From Kineococcus radiotolerans SRS30216 = ATCC BAA-149 (GTDB taxonomy: Bacteria > Actinomycetota > Actinomycetes > Actinomycetales > Kineococcaceae): a DNA stretch of 32,000 bases. The notes beneath the pieces were generated by a model. The model saw only the letters and a list, made by a program, of their open reading frames with translations, searched no databases and was not told the DNA's origin. Each line of letters begins with the position of its first letter. The stretch's first letter is position 1. Below are positions 21,839 through 29,473 of the stretch, in pieces. Position numbers and translations under genes: made by a program. The DNA is taken from positions 390,001 to 422,000 of the forward strand of contig NC_009664.2 in NCBI RefSeq assembly GCF_000017305.1, written 5' to 3'.

Positions 21839-23148
21839 GGGGTGTCTCCGATGTCGCGGATCCAGCGGTCGTAGGCGGTGATGGCCGGGCCGGCGGCCAG
21901 CTGCTCGGCGGCGTAGCGGGGCCCGGCCGCGGCGAGGTCGGCGGCGAGGTCGGGGTGCTCGCGCAGGCGCTGGAGCCCGGTGAGCAGGTCCTCGGGGCGG
22001 GCGGGGTCGACGCGCAGGCCGGCGCGGGAGGTGGCGAGCTCGGCGGCCGCGGCGGAGTCGTCGTGGGTGGCGGCCAGGACGGGGCGGCCGGCGGCGAAGT
22101 AGGAGGTGAGCTTGCTGGGGGCGCACATGTCGTGCAGGCCGGGGACCTCGTTGAGCAGCAGGACGTCCGCGGCGGCCAGGTGGGCCGGGAACTCCTCGTC
22201 GCTGACGGGGTCGATGAACTCCACGTTGGCGAGGTCCCCGGCGCGGGCCTGCAGCGCGCGGCGGCGGGCGCCGTCGCCGAGCAGCACGAAGCGGTGCGGG
22301 AGGCCGCTGTCGGCCGCGAGCCGGGCGGTGTCCAGCACGTTCTCCAGGTGCTGCTTGGCGCCCATGTTGCCCGCGTGCAGCACGACGGGGGTGCGGGTGT
22401 CCCAGCCGCGCCGGGCGCGGACGGCGTCGCCGGCGGCGGGGTCGGCGCGGGTGACGTGGGTCCAGTTGGGCAGCACGGTGAGGTTGTCGGCGGGCACGCC
22501 GAGGGCGGTGACGGGGCGGCGGAAGCGCTCGTGGGCGAGCGCGACGCCGGTGGCGCGGCGCAGCAGGCGGCCCTCGAGCTCGGCGGCGACGCGCAGGGCG
22601 GTGCCGCCGCCGGCGTCGGTGCTGACCGCGGTGCGGCTGTAGACGTCCTGGACGACGACGCCCACGGGGGCCCGCACGGCGCGGCCGTGGGCGAGGGCGG
22701 CGGCCACGGAGAGCAGGGCGGGGCTGACGGCCACGACGACGTCGGGGCGGGGGCGGGTGCGCCGGTGGTGGGTGAGGGCCGCGGCCGCGCCGAGGGCGAA
22801 CCCGGCCTCGAGGCCGACGCGCCCCGCGCCCAGCGGGTTGCGCGGGACGGGGTGCCACACGCGGGTGACGTCCACCCCGCCGTCGTCCTCGTGGCGCACG
22901 ACGCCGGGGTAGTCGGGGTGCCGCTTCCAGGCCGGGTAGTGCGGCATGCCGGTGACGACGCTGACCTCGTGCCCCAGCGCGGCGAGCCCGCGGGCCACCC
23001 CGGTGGTGTAGGGGGCGATGCCGGTGGGCTCGGGCAGGTAGTTCAGCCCGACGAGGGCGATGCGCAGCCCGTGCGTCGGGCGCGCGCCGGCGCGGGCCTC
23101 CTCGAGACCCTCCTCGCGCGCAGGCGTGACACCCGTGCGGCGTTCCAC
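21829..23148 (-). CDS. Glycosyltransferase family 4, WcaI/WbuB-like
   Basis: 439-aa ORF with a GTG start. The N-terminal block IALVGLNYLPEPTGIAPYTTGVARGLAALGHEVSVVTGMPHYPAW is characteristic of WcaI-type GT4 enzymes. It is the first gene of a seven-gene minus-strand array. Confidence 0.75.
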   Translation of the reverse strand: MERRTGVTPAREEGLEEARAGARPTHGLRIALVGLNYLPEPTGIAPYTTGVARGLAALGHEVSVVTGMPHYPAWKRHPDYPGVVRHEDDGGVDVTRVWHPVPRNPLGAGRVGLEAGFALGAAAALTHHRRTRPRPDVVVAVSPALLSVAAALAHGRAVRAPVGVVVQDVYSRTAVSTDAGGGTALRVAAELEGRLLRRATGVALAHERFRRPVTALGVPADNLTVLPNWTHVTRADPAAGDAVRARRGWDTRTPVVLHAGNMGAKQHLENVLDTARLAADSGLPHRFVLLGDGARRRALQARAGDLANVEFIDPVSDEEFPAHLAAADVLLLNEVPGLHDMCAPSKLTSYFAAGRPVLAATHDDSAAAAELATSRAGLRVDPARPEDLLTGLQRLREHPDLAADLAAAGPRYAAEQLAAGPAITAYDRWIRDIGDTPWN

Positions 23149-23253
23149 AGTCGGCCCCCCCGGCGGTTCCGTGACATCCGTGAACGCACCGTAGCTGGTC
23201 CGTGGACCACCAGGGTCATCTTCCGGCGTGTTTCGTGAGCGGAGTGTTACCCC
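23149..23253 (-). promoter_or_regulatory. Intergenic region between the uppP stop and the first polysaccharide-operon gene (a promoter and/or uppP terminator is expected here)
   Basis: This 105 bp has visibly lower G+C. The minus strand reads GTTCACGG-atg-TCACGG (23185-23169) about 30 nt upstream of the GT4 start. There is a 5-bp hairpin, ctggt...accag, near 23195-23213. No robust -35/-10 could be fitted. Confidence 0.35.
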
Positions 23254-24099
23254 TCAGCTCCCTCCGGTGCCCTGGAAGGCCGGGAGGGCACCGGCGAGGA
23301 CGAGGGCGTAGACGACGACCGCGGCGGCGATGCGGTAGACGACGAACGGCGTGTAGCTGTGGGTGGAGATGAACCTCATCAGCCAGGCGATGACGGCGTA
23401 GCCGACGACGAAGGCCACGACGGTGGCCACCGCGGTGGGGACCCAGGCGATCGTCGTGCCCCGGCTGAGCTCGTCGTAGAGCTGGTAGAAGCCCGAGAGC
23501 ACCACGGCGGGGATGGCCAGCAGGAACGAGTACCGCGCGGCGGCTTCGCGGGTGTAGCCCAGCAGCAGGCCCATGGTGATGGTGCCCCCCGAGCGGGAGA
23601 CGCCCGGGATCAGCGCGAGGGCCTGGGCGAGGCCGAAGAGGAGGCCGTGCTTCCAGCTGAGCTGGTCCAGGGTGCGTTCCTTGCGCCCGAAGCGGTCGGC
23701 GGCGCCCAGCACGAGGGCGAAGAGCCACAGGGTGGTGCCGATGACGACGAACCCGCGCAGGACGGTCTCGATGGAGTCCTGGAAGAGCAGCCCGAGCACC
23801 CCGATGGGGATGGTGCCCAGGGTGACCAGCCAGCCCATCCGGGCGTCGGGGTCGTTGCGCGGCAGCCGGCCCACCAGGGACCGGGCCCAGTGGCCGATGA
23901 TGCGGGCGATGTCCTTGCGGAAGTAGCCGATGACGGCCGCTTCGGTGCCGAGCTGGCAGATGGCGGTGAAGGCCGCCCCCGGGTCGCTGCCCAGGAGGGT
24001 GCCCACCACGGCGAGGTGGCCGCTGGAGGAGATCGGCAGGAACTCGGTGAGGCCCTGCACGAGCCCCAGGAAGGCGCCTTCGACGATGCCCATGCTCAC
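23254..24099 (-). CDS. uppP: Undecaprenyl-diphosphate phosphatase (BacA/UppP)
   Basis: 281-aa ORF (GTG 24099; alternative ATG 24093). It has the signature [17 protein letters not shown] and [10 protein letters not shown], with 8 hydrophobic segments. Confidence 0.9.
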   Translation of the reverse strand: MSMGIVEGAFLGLVQGLTEFLPISSSGHLAVVGTLLGSDPGAAFTAICQLGTEAAVIGYFRKDIARIIGHWARSLVGRLPRNDPDARMGWLVTLGTIPIGVLGLLFQDSIETVLRGFVVIGTTLWLFALVLGAADRFGRKERTLDQLSWKHGLLFGLAQALALIPGVSRSGGTITMGLLLGYTREAAARYSFLLAIPAVVLSGFYQLYDELSRGTTIAWVPTAVATVVAFVVGYAVIAWLMRFISTHSYTPFVVYRIAAAVVVYALVLAGALPAFQGTGGS

Positions 24100-24232
24100 G
24101 CGCGGGCCCCCCTCGCGCGGGTGGCGGGCGGGGTCCTGCGGGCGGTGGGGAGGTCGGCGGTCAGCACGCCCGGAACGCTAGCGGCTCCCCCGGCGCCCTC
24201 CCCGCGCGCGTCACGGGCAGGGCACCGAACCC

Positions 24233-24559
24233 TCACAACGGGGTGGGGGCGTCCTCGTCGTCGGTGTCCTCGTCGTCCTCGTCGTCGTCCTCGTCGGTGT
24301 CGTCGTCCGTGTCGTCGTCGTCGTCGGTGTCGTCGTCATCGTCGTCACCGTCCTCGTCGTCGTCGTAGAGGACGAACGGGGTGACCTCGTCGTAGGCGTC
24401 GTAGAGCGCTTCCTCGTAGGACTCGAAGGCGTCGGCGACGCGCTGGTAGGCGTCGGCGACGGCGGGGTCGGTCTCCCCGCGTCGGTTGGCCGAGGCTGCG
24501 AGGTGGTCCTCGAGCGTGGCCACGAGTCGAGCGAGGGCCGCGCGCGGGTCGGGCGTCAT
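24233..24559 (-). CDS. Small acidic protein with a poly-Asp/Glu/Thr C-terminal tail (function unknown)
   Basis: I prefer ATG 24559 (MTPDPRAALARLVATLEDHL..., 108 aa) over the track start 24610. It has a helical N-terminal about 60 aa. This is followed by the tail YDDDEDGDDDDDDTDDDDDTDDDTDEDDDEDDEDTDDEDAPTPL. Confidence 0.6.
   Translation of the reverse strand: MTPDPRAALARLVATLEDHLAASANRRGETDPAVADAYQRVADAFESYEEALYDAYDEVTPFVLYDDDEDGDDDDDDTDDDDDTDDDTDEDDDEDDEDTDDEDAPTPL
24251..24366. repeat. Imperfect (GTC)n / (GAC)n trinucleotide tract encoding the acidic tail
   Basis: The plus strand is almost entirely gtc/ctc/ggt triplets (gtcctcgtcgtcggtgtcctcgtcgtcctcgtcgtcgtcc...). It lies in-frame within CDS 24233-24559. 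Confidence 0.8.
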
Positions 24560-24618
24560 GGGGCGACCGTATCGGAGATCCACCGCCCGGCGCGGCGGCG
24601 GGTGCATCATGGGAGGCG

Positions 24619-24855
24619 ATGGCTACGGACTCTGAGCGCAACGCCGGGTGGACGCCCGGCTCGGCGACGACGGACCAGTACGAGTACCGCGTCCTGACCC
24701 TCTCCCGCGAGACGTCCCGTTCCGACGTGCGGCGGCTGCTGACCGAGCACGCGGAGTACGGGCGGTGGGAGCTGGCCCGGGTGCGGCTGTTCATGGGCGG
24801 GGGCCGCAAGGTGTGGTTGCGGAGGAAGATCATCCGGGTCGCCAGGACGGTCTGA
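24619..24855 (+). CDS. DUF5703-like small conserved actinobacterial protein
   Basis: 78-aa ORF. ATG 24619 is preceded by GGGAGG (24611-24616). The pattern YEYRVLTLSRETSRSDVRRLLTEHAEYGRWELARVRLFMGGGRKVWLRRK matches the DUF5703 family as I recall it. Confidence 0.65.
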   Translation: MATDSERNAGWTPGSATTDQYEYRVLTLSRETSRSDVRRLLTEHAEYGRWELARVRLFMGGGRKVWLRRKIIRVARTV

Positions 24856-24872
24856 GCGTCCTAGCCTCGACC

Positions 24873-26348
24873 GTGGGCATCTTCAGGACGAAGAGCGTCG
24901 AGGACGCGATCGCGAGCACGGACGAACCGGGTCAGCGGCTGCGGAAGTCGCTGAGCGCGTGGGACCTCACGGTCTTCGGGGTCGGGGTCATCATCGGGAC
25001 GGGCATCTTCGTCCTGACTGGCGAGGCGGCGGGGACCCGCGCCGGGCCGGCGGTGGCGCTGTCGTTCGTGGTCTCGGGGATCGTGTGCGCGCTGGCGGCG
25101 CTGTGCTACGCCGAGTTCGCCTCGACCGTGCCGGTGGCCGGCTCGGCGTACACGTTCTCCTACGCCAGCCTCGGTGAGGTCGTGGCCTGGATCATCGGCT
25201 GGGACCTCATCCTCGAACTGGCCCTGGGGGCCTCGACGGTCGCGGTGGGGTGGTCCAGCTACGCCGCGGACCTGCTCGGGCAGACCCTCGGGCTCGCCGT
25301 GCCCGCCTGGCTGTACTCCGCCACCCCGAGCCCGACCCAGCCCAACCTGATCGCGGCGGCCGTCGTGCTGGTGCTCACCGCGGTGCTGTGCGTGGGGACG
25401 AAGACGTCCGCGCGCTTCAACGCCGTCGTGGTGGGGATCAAGCTGGCGGTCGTGGGGGTGGTGATCGTCGCGGGGCTGTTCTTCGTGAAGGTGTCGAACT
25501 GGTCGCCGTTCGTGCCGCCGACGGGCTCCGCGGGCGCGTCGAGCACCCCGGCGGACCCCTCGCTGTGGCAGGACCTGGGCCTGCCGCTGGGCACCTTCGG
25601 CGTGGGCGGGATCCTCACCGCGGCGGCGCTGGTCTTCTTCGCCTTCATCGGCTTCGACATCGTCGCGACGGCGGCGGAGGAGACGAAGAACCCCCAGCGC
25701 GACGTCCCGCGGGGCATCTTCGGGTCGCTGGCGGTCTGCACGGCCCTCTACGTGCTGGTCTCCCTCGTGGTGACCGGGATGGTGCGCTACGACGAGATCA
25801 GCGTCGAGGCGCCGCTGGCCAACGCGTTCCGCGCGGTGGGGGCCGACGTCGTGGCCACGCTCATCAGCGTCGGCACGGTCGCGGGGCTGCTGACGGTGAT
25901 GATGATCCTCATGCTGGGCCAGAGCCGGGTGCTGTTCGCGATGGCCCGCGACCGGCTCATCCCGGCGTGGTTCTCGAAGGTCTCCGAGCGCACGCAGGTC
26001 CCGGTGCGGATCACGGCGATCACCGGGGTCGTGGTGGCGGTGGTGGCCGCGGTGACCCCGATCTCGGACCTGGCCGAGATGGTCAACATCGGCACCCTCT
26101 TCGCCTTCGTCCTCGTCTCCGTCGGCGTCGTGGTGCTGCGCCGGACCCGCCCGGACCTGCCGCGGGCGTTCCGGGTGCCGTGGGTGCCGGTGCTGCCGAT
26201 CGCCTCGGCGCTGGCCGCGGTCGTCCTCATGGGCTTCCTGCCCGCGGTCAGCTGGGTGCGGCTGGGGATCTGGATGGCGCTGGGGCTGCTGGTCTACCTG
26301 GCCTACGGCTACCGGCACTCCCGCCTGGCCCGGCGCCCGGGGGCCTGA
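24873..26348 (+). CDS. APC-superfamily amino acid permease (cationic amino acid transporter-like)
   Basis: This is the last 491 aa of a 566-aa track ORF. GTG 24873 gives the typical N-terminus (V/M)GIFRTKSVEDAI. It carries the LSAWDLTVFGVGVIIGTGIFVLTG and AGSAYTFSYASLGE blocks and has 12-14 TM helices. Confidence 0.85.
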   Translation: MGIFRTKSVEDAIASTDEPGQRLRKSLSAWDLTVFGVGVIIGTGIFVLTGEAAGTRAGPAVALSFVVSGIVCALAALCYAEFASTVPVAGSAYTFSYASLGEVVAWIIGWDLILELALGASTVAVGWSSYAADLLGQTLGLAVPAWLYSATPSPTQPNLIAAAVVLVLTAVLCVGTKTSARFNAVVVGIKLAVVGVVIVAGLFFVKVSNWSPFVPPTGSAGASSTPADPSLWQDLGLPLGTFGVGGILTAAALVFFAFIGFDIVATAAEETKNPQRDVPRGIFGSLAVCTALYVLVSLVVTGMVRYDEISVEAPLANAFRAVGADVVATLISVGTVAGLLTVMMILMLGQSRVLFAMARDRLIPAWFSKVSERTQVPVRITAITGVVVAVVAAVTPISDLAEMVNIGTLFAFVLVSVGVVVLRRTRPDLPRAFRVPWVPVLPIASALAAVVLMGFLPAVSWVRLGIWMALGLLVYLAYGYRHSRLARRPGA

Positions 26349-26425
26349 GCGGGCCCGAGGCGCCCGGGTGCTGTACGTTTCAACCAGTTTCGTGCAGCCG
26401 CACGGACTTCCAGGAGGAGCGGGAC

Positions 26426-27529
26426 GTGCAGTTCGGGATCTTCAGCGTCGGCGACATCACCCCCGACCCCACCACCGGTCGCGAGCCGAGCGAGCACGAG
26501 CGCATCAAGGCGCTGGTGACCATCGCCGAGCACGCCGAGCAGGTCGGCCTGGACGTCTTCGCGGTCGGTGAGCACCACAACCCCCCGTTCGTGCCGTCCG
26601 CCATGACGACCCTGCTGGGGTGGATCGCCGCCCGCACCAGCCGGCTGACCGTCTCGACGTCCATCGCGCACATCACCACCAACGACCCGGTGCGGATGGC
26701 GGAGGACTACGCGATGCTGCAGCACCTCAGCGACGGGCGCGTCGACCTCGTCCTCGGCCGCGGCAACGACGGCCGGCTCTACCCCTGGTTCGGCCAGGAC
26801 CCCCGCCGCGGGGTCGAGCTGACGGTGGAGAACTACCAGCTGCTGCGCCGGCTGTGGGACGAGGAGGTCGTCGACTGGCAGGGGCAGTTCCGCACCCCGC
26901 TGCAGGGCTTCACCTCCACCCCCCGCCCCCTGGACGGGGTGCCGCCGTTCGTCTGGCACGGCTCGATCCGGACCCCGCAGATCGCCGAGATCGCCGGGTA
27001 CTTCGGGGACGGGTACTTCGCCAACAACATCTTCTGGCCCAAGGAGCACTACATCCGGCTCATCACCCTCTACCGGGAGCGCTACGCCCACTACGGGCAC
27101 GGCACCCCCGAGCAGGCGATCGTCGGCCTCGGCGGGCAGGTGTTCATGCGGAGGAACTCCCAGGACGCGGTGCGCGAGTTCCGCCCCTACTTCGACGAGG
27201 CCCCCGTCTACGGGCACGGCCCCTCCCTGGAGGAGTTCACCCGCCAGACCCCGCTGACCGTGGGGACCCCGGAGCAGGTCGTGGAGAAGACCCTGACCTT
27301 CCAGGAGTTCTTCGGCGACTACCAGCGGCAGATGTTCCTCATCGACCACGCGGGACTGCCGCTGAAGACGGTGCTGGAGCAGCTGGACCTGCTCGGCGGG
27401 GAGGTCGTCCCGGTGCTGCGCAGGGAGTTCGAGTCCCGCCGCGCGGCCGGGGTGCCCAGCGACCCGCCGAGCCACGCCAGCCGCGCCGCCGCGGCCGCCG
27501 CGCAGGCCGCCCCGCGGACCGGCGCGTAG
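26426..27529 (+). CDS. LLM-class (luciferase-like) flavin-dependent oxidoreductase
   Basis: This is the last 367 aa of a 759-aa track ORF. GTG 26426 is preceded by AGGAGG (26412-26417). It carries FGIFSVGD...GLDVFAVGEHHNPPF, and LVLGRGN; the C-terminus is Ala-rich. Confidence 0.8.
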   Translation: MQFGIFSVGDITPDPTTGREPSEHERIKALVTIAEHAEQVGLDVFAVGEHHNPPFVPSAMTTLLGWIAARTSRLTVSTSIAHITTNDPVRMAEDYAMLQHLSDGRVDLVLGRGNDGRLYPWFGQDPRRGVELTVENYQLLRRLWDEEVVDWQGQFRTPLQGFTSTPRPLDGVPPFVWHGSIRTPQIAEIAGYFGDGYFANNIFWPKEHYIRLITLYRERYAHYGHGTPEQAIVGLGGQVFMRRNSQDAVREFRPYFDEAPVYGHGPSLEEFTRQTPLTVGTPEQVVEKTLTFQEFFGDYQRQMFLIDHAGLPLKTVLEQLDLLGGEVVPVLRREFESRRAAGVPSDPPSHASRAAAAAAQAAPRTGA

Positions 27530-27562
27530 CTCGGCACCGGTCCGCACGGGGGGCGGGCGGGG

Positions 27563-29425
27563 TCAGGTCTCCGGGGAGAACGCGCTGTGCCGGTGCAGCT
27601 CGGCGTAGCGGCCGCCGCGGGCGAGCAGCTCCTCGTGGGTGCCGCGCTCGACGACCCGGCCCGCCTCGAGGACGAGGATCGCGTCGGCGTTGCGCACCGT
27701 CGAGAGCCGGTGGGCGATGACGATGGCCGTGCGCCCCTCCAGGGCCTCGTCGAGGGCGGCCTGGACGGCCACCTCGGAGGTGGTGTCGAGGGAGGCGGTG
27801 GCCTCGTCCAGGACGACGACGCGGGGCTGGGCCAGCAGCAGCCGGGCGATGGTCAGGCGCTGGCGCTCCCCGCCGGAGAAGCGGTACCCGCGCTCCCCCA
27901 CCACGGTGTCCAGGCCGTCGGGCAGGCTCGCGACCAGCTCGTCGAGGCGGGCGCGGCGCAGGGCGTCGAAGACCTCCGCGTCGCTCGCCCCCGGGCGGGC
28001 CAGGCGCAGGTTGGAGCGCAGCGACTCGTGGAACAGGTGCCCGTCCTGGGTGACGACGCCGACGGTCTGGCGCAGGGAGGCGGCGGTGAGGTCGCGCACG
28101 TCGGTGCCCCCGACCCGCACCGCGCCGGAGTCGACGTCGTAGAGGCGGGCCAGCAGCTGGGCCAGGGTCGACTTCCCCGCCCCCGAGGACCCCACGATGG
28201 CCACCACCTGCCCGGGCTCCACCCGGAAGGAGACGTCGTGGATCACCTCGACCCCGCCGCGGGTGTCGAGGGTCGCGACCTCCTCCAGCGAGGCCAGCGA
28301 CACCTCCGAGGCCGCCGGGTAGGCGAAGCGCACGGCGTCGAACTCCACCGCGACCGGGCCCGGCGGGCTCGGGCGCGCCCCGGGGCGCTCGCGCACCAGG
28401 GGCACCAGGTCGAGGACCTCGAAGACGCGGTCGAAGCTGACCAGCGCGCTCATCACGTCGACGCGGGCGCTGGCCAGGGCGGTCAGCGGGGCGTAGAGCC
28501 GGGTCAGCAGCAGGGCCAGGGCGACGATGCTGCCGGCGTCGAGGGTCCCGGCGATGGCGGCGACGCCGCCGACGCCGTAGACGACGGCGAGCGCCAGGGC
28601 GGAGACGGTGGTCAGGGCGGTGACGAAGACCGACTGGCGCACCGCGGTCTTGACGCCGATGTCGCGCACGGCGCGCGCGGCGTCGGCGAAGGCGCGCGAC
28701 TCGTCCTCCGGGCGCCCGAAGAGCTTGACGAGGGTGGCGCCGGGGGCGGAGAAGCGTTCGGTGGTCTGGTTGATCATGGCCGCGTTGAGGGCGGCGGCGC
28801 GGCGGGAGAGCTGGGCGAGGTGGCGGCCCATGCGGCGGGCGGGCAGGACGAACACCGGCAGCATGACCAGGGCGATGAGGGTGATGCGCCAGGAGATGCC
28901 GGCCATGACGACGGTGGTGAGGGCGACGGCGACGACGTTGCTGACGATGCCGGAGAGGGTGTCGCTGAAGGCGCGCTGGGCGCCGATGACGTCGTTGTTG
29001 AGCCGGCTGACCAGCGCCCCGGTGTGGGTGCGGGTGAAGAAGGCCACGGGCATGCGCTGGACGTGGTCGTAGACGCGGGTGCGCAGGTCGAGGATGAGGT
29101 CCTCGCCCAGGCGGGAGGACAGCCACCGCACGACCAGGCCGAGGCCGGCCTCGGCGAGGGCGACGAGGGCGATGAGCAGGGCGATGGACACCACCCGCCG
29201 GCGGTCGCGCGCGCCGACGGCGTCGATGGCGTGCCCGGCCAGGACGGGGGTGGCCACCGCGAGGACGGCGAGGACGACGCTGCCGGCGACGAAGAGGGCG
29301 AGCAGGCGGCGGCGTTCGCGGGCCATGCCCAGGACGCGGCGGAAGGTGCCGGGCCGGAAGGGCGTCTGGTCCGGTGCGCTCATCGCCCGCCACAGGGAGG
29401 ACCGGGCGACGCTGTCCATGCTCAT
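27563..29425 (-). CDS. ABC exporter, fused permease/ATPase (type I exporter half-transporter)
   Basis: 620-aa ORF. It has an N-terminal 6-TM domain. Walker A is GSSGAGKST, the signature is FSGGERQR, Walker B is VVVLDEATS, and the H-loop is IAHRLSTV. Confidence 0.85.
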   Translation of the reverse strand: MSMDSVARSSLWRAMSAPDQTPFRPGTFRRVLGMARERRRLLALFVAGSVVLAVLAVATPVLAGHAIDAVGARDRRRVVSIALLIALVALAEAGLGLVVRWLSSRLGEDLILDLRTRVYDHVQRMPVAFFTRTHTGALVSRLNNDVIGAQRAFSDTLSGIVSNVVAVALTTVVMAGISWRITLIALVMLPVFVLPARRMGRHLAQLSRRAAALNAAMINQTTERFSAPGATLVKLFGRPEDESRAFADAARAVRDIGVKTAVRQSVFVTALTTVSALALAVVYGVGGVAAIAGTLDAGSIVALALLLTRLYAPLTALASARVDVMSALVSFDRVFEVLDLVPLVRERPGARPSPPGPVAVEFDAVRFAYPAASEVSLASLEEVATLDTRGGVEVIHDVSFRVEPGQVVAIVGSSGAGKSTLAQLLARLYDVDSGAVRVGGTDVRDLTAASLRQTVGVVTQDGHLFHESLRSNLRLARPGASDAEVFDALRRARLDELVASLPDGLDTVVGERGYRFSGGERQRLTIARLLLAQPRVVVLDEATASLDTTSEVAVQAALDEALEGRTAIVIAHRLSTVRNADAILVLEAGRVVERGTHEELLARGGRYAELHRHSAFSPET

Positions 29426-29473
29426 GGTGGTGACGGTAGGTGCTGGCCCGGCCGGGTCCGGGACGGGGCGTCC

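Noticed and set aside
23188-23218. Candidate promoter for the seven-gene operon: -10 TACGGT (minus strand 23193-23188) with a TGACCC -35-like hexamer.
   Set aside because: The spacer comes out at 19-20 nt and the -35 is poor. This is not good enough to report as a feature without transcription start site data.
5492-23253. Calling the corA-GH71-polysaccharide interval a mobile genomic island.
   Set aside because: I saw no integrase, transposase, tRNA gene or flanking direct repeats at the junctions. I therefore report only the synteny break as a hypothesis, not a mobile element.
24251-24366. The repetitive GTC-rich tract considered as a possible CRISPR array or non-coding satellite.
   Set aside because: The unit is a trinucleotide with no repeat-spacer architecture. 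The tract lies in-frame inside a CDS and encodes the poly-Asp tail. No CRISPR array is present anywhere in the window.
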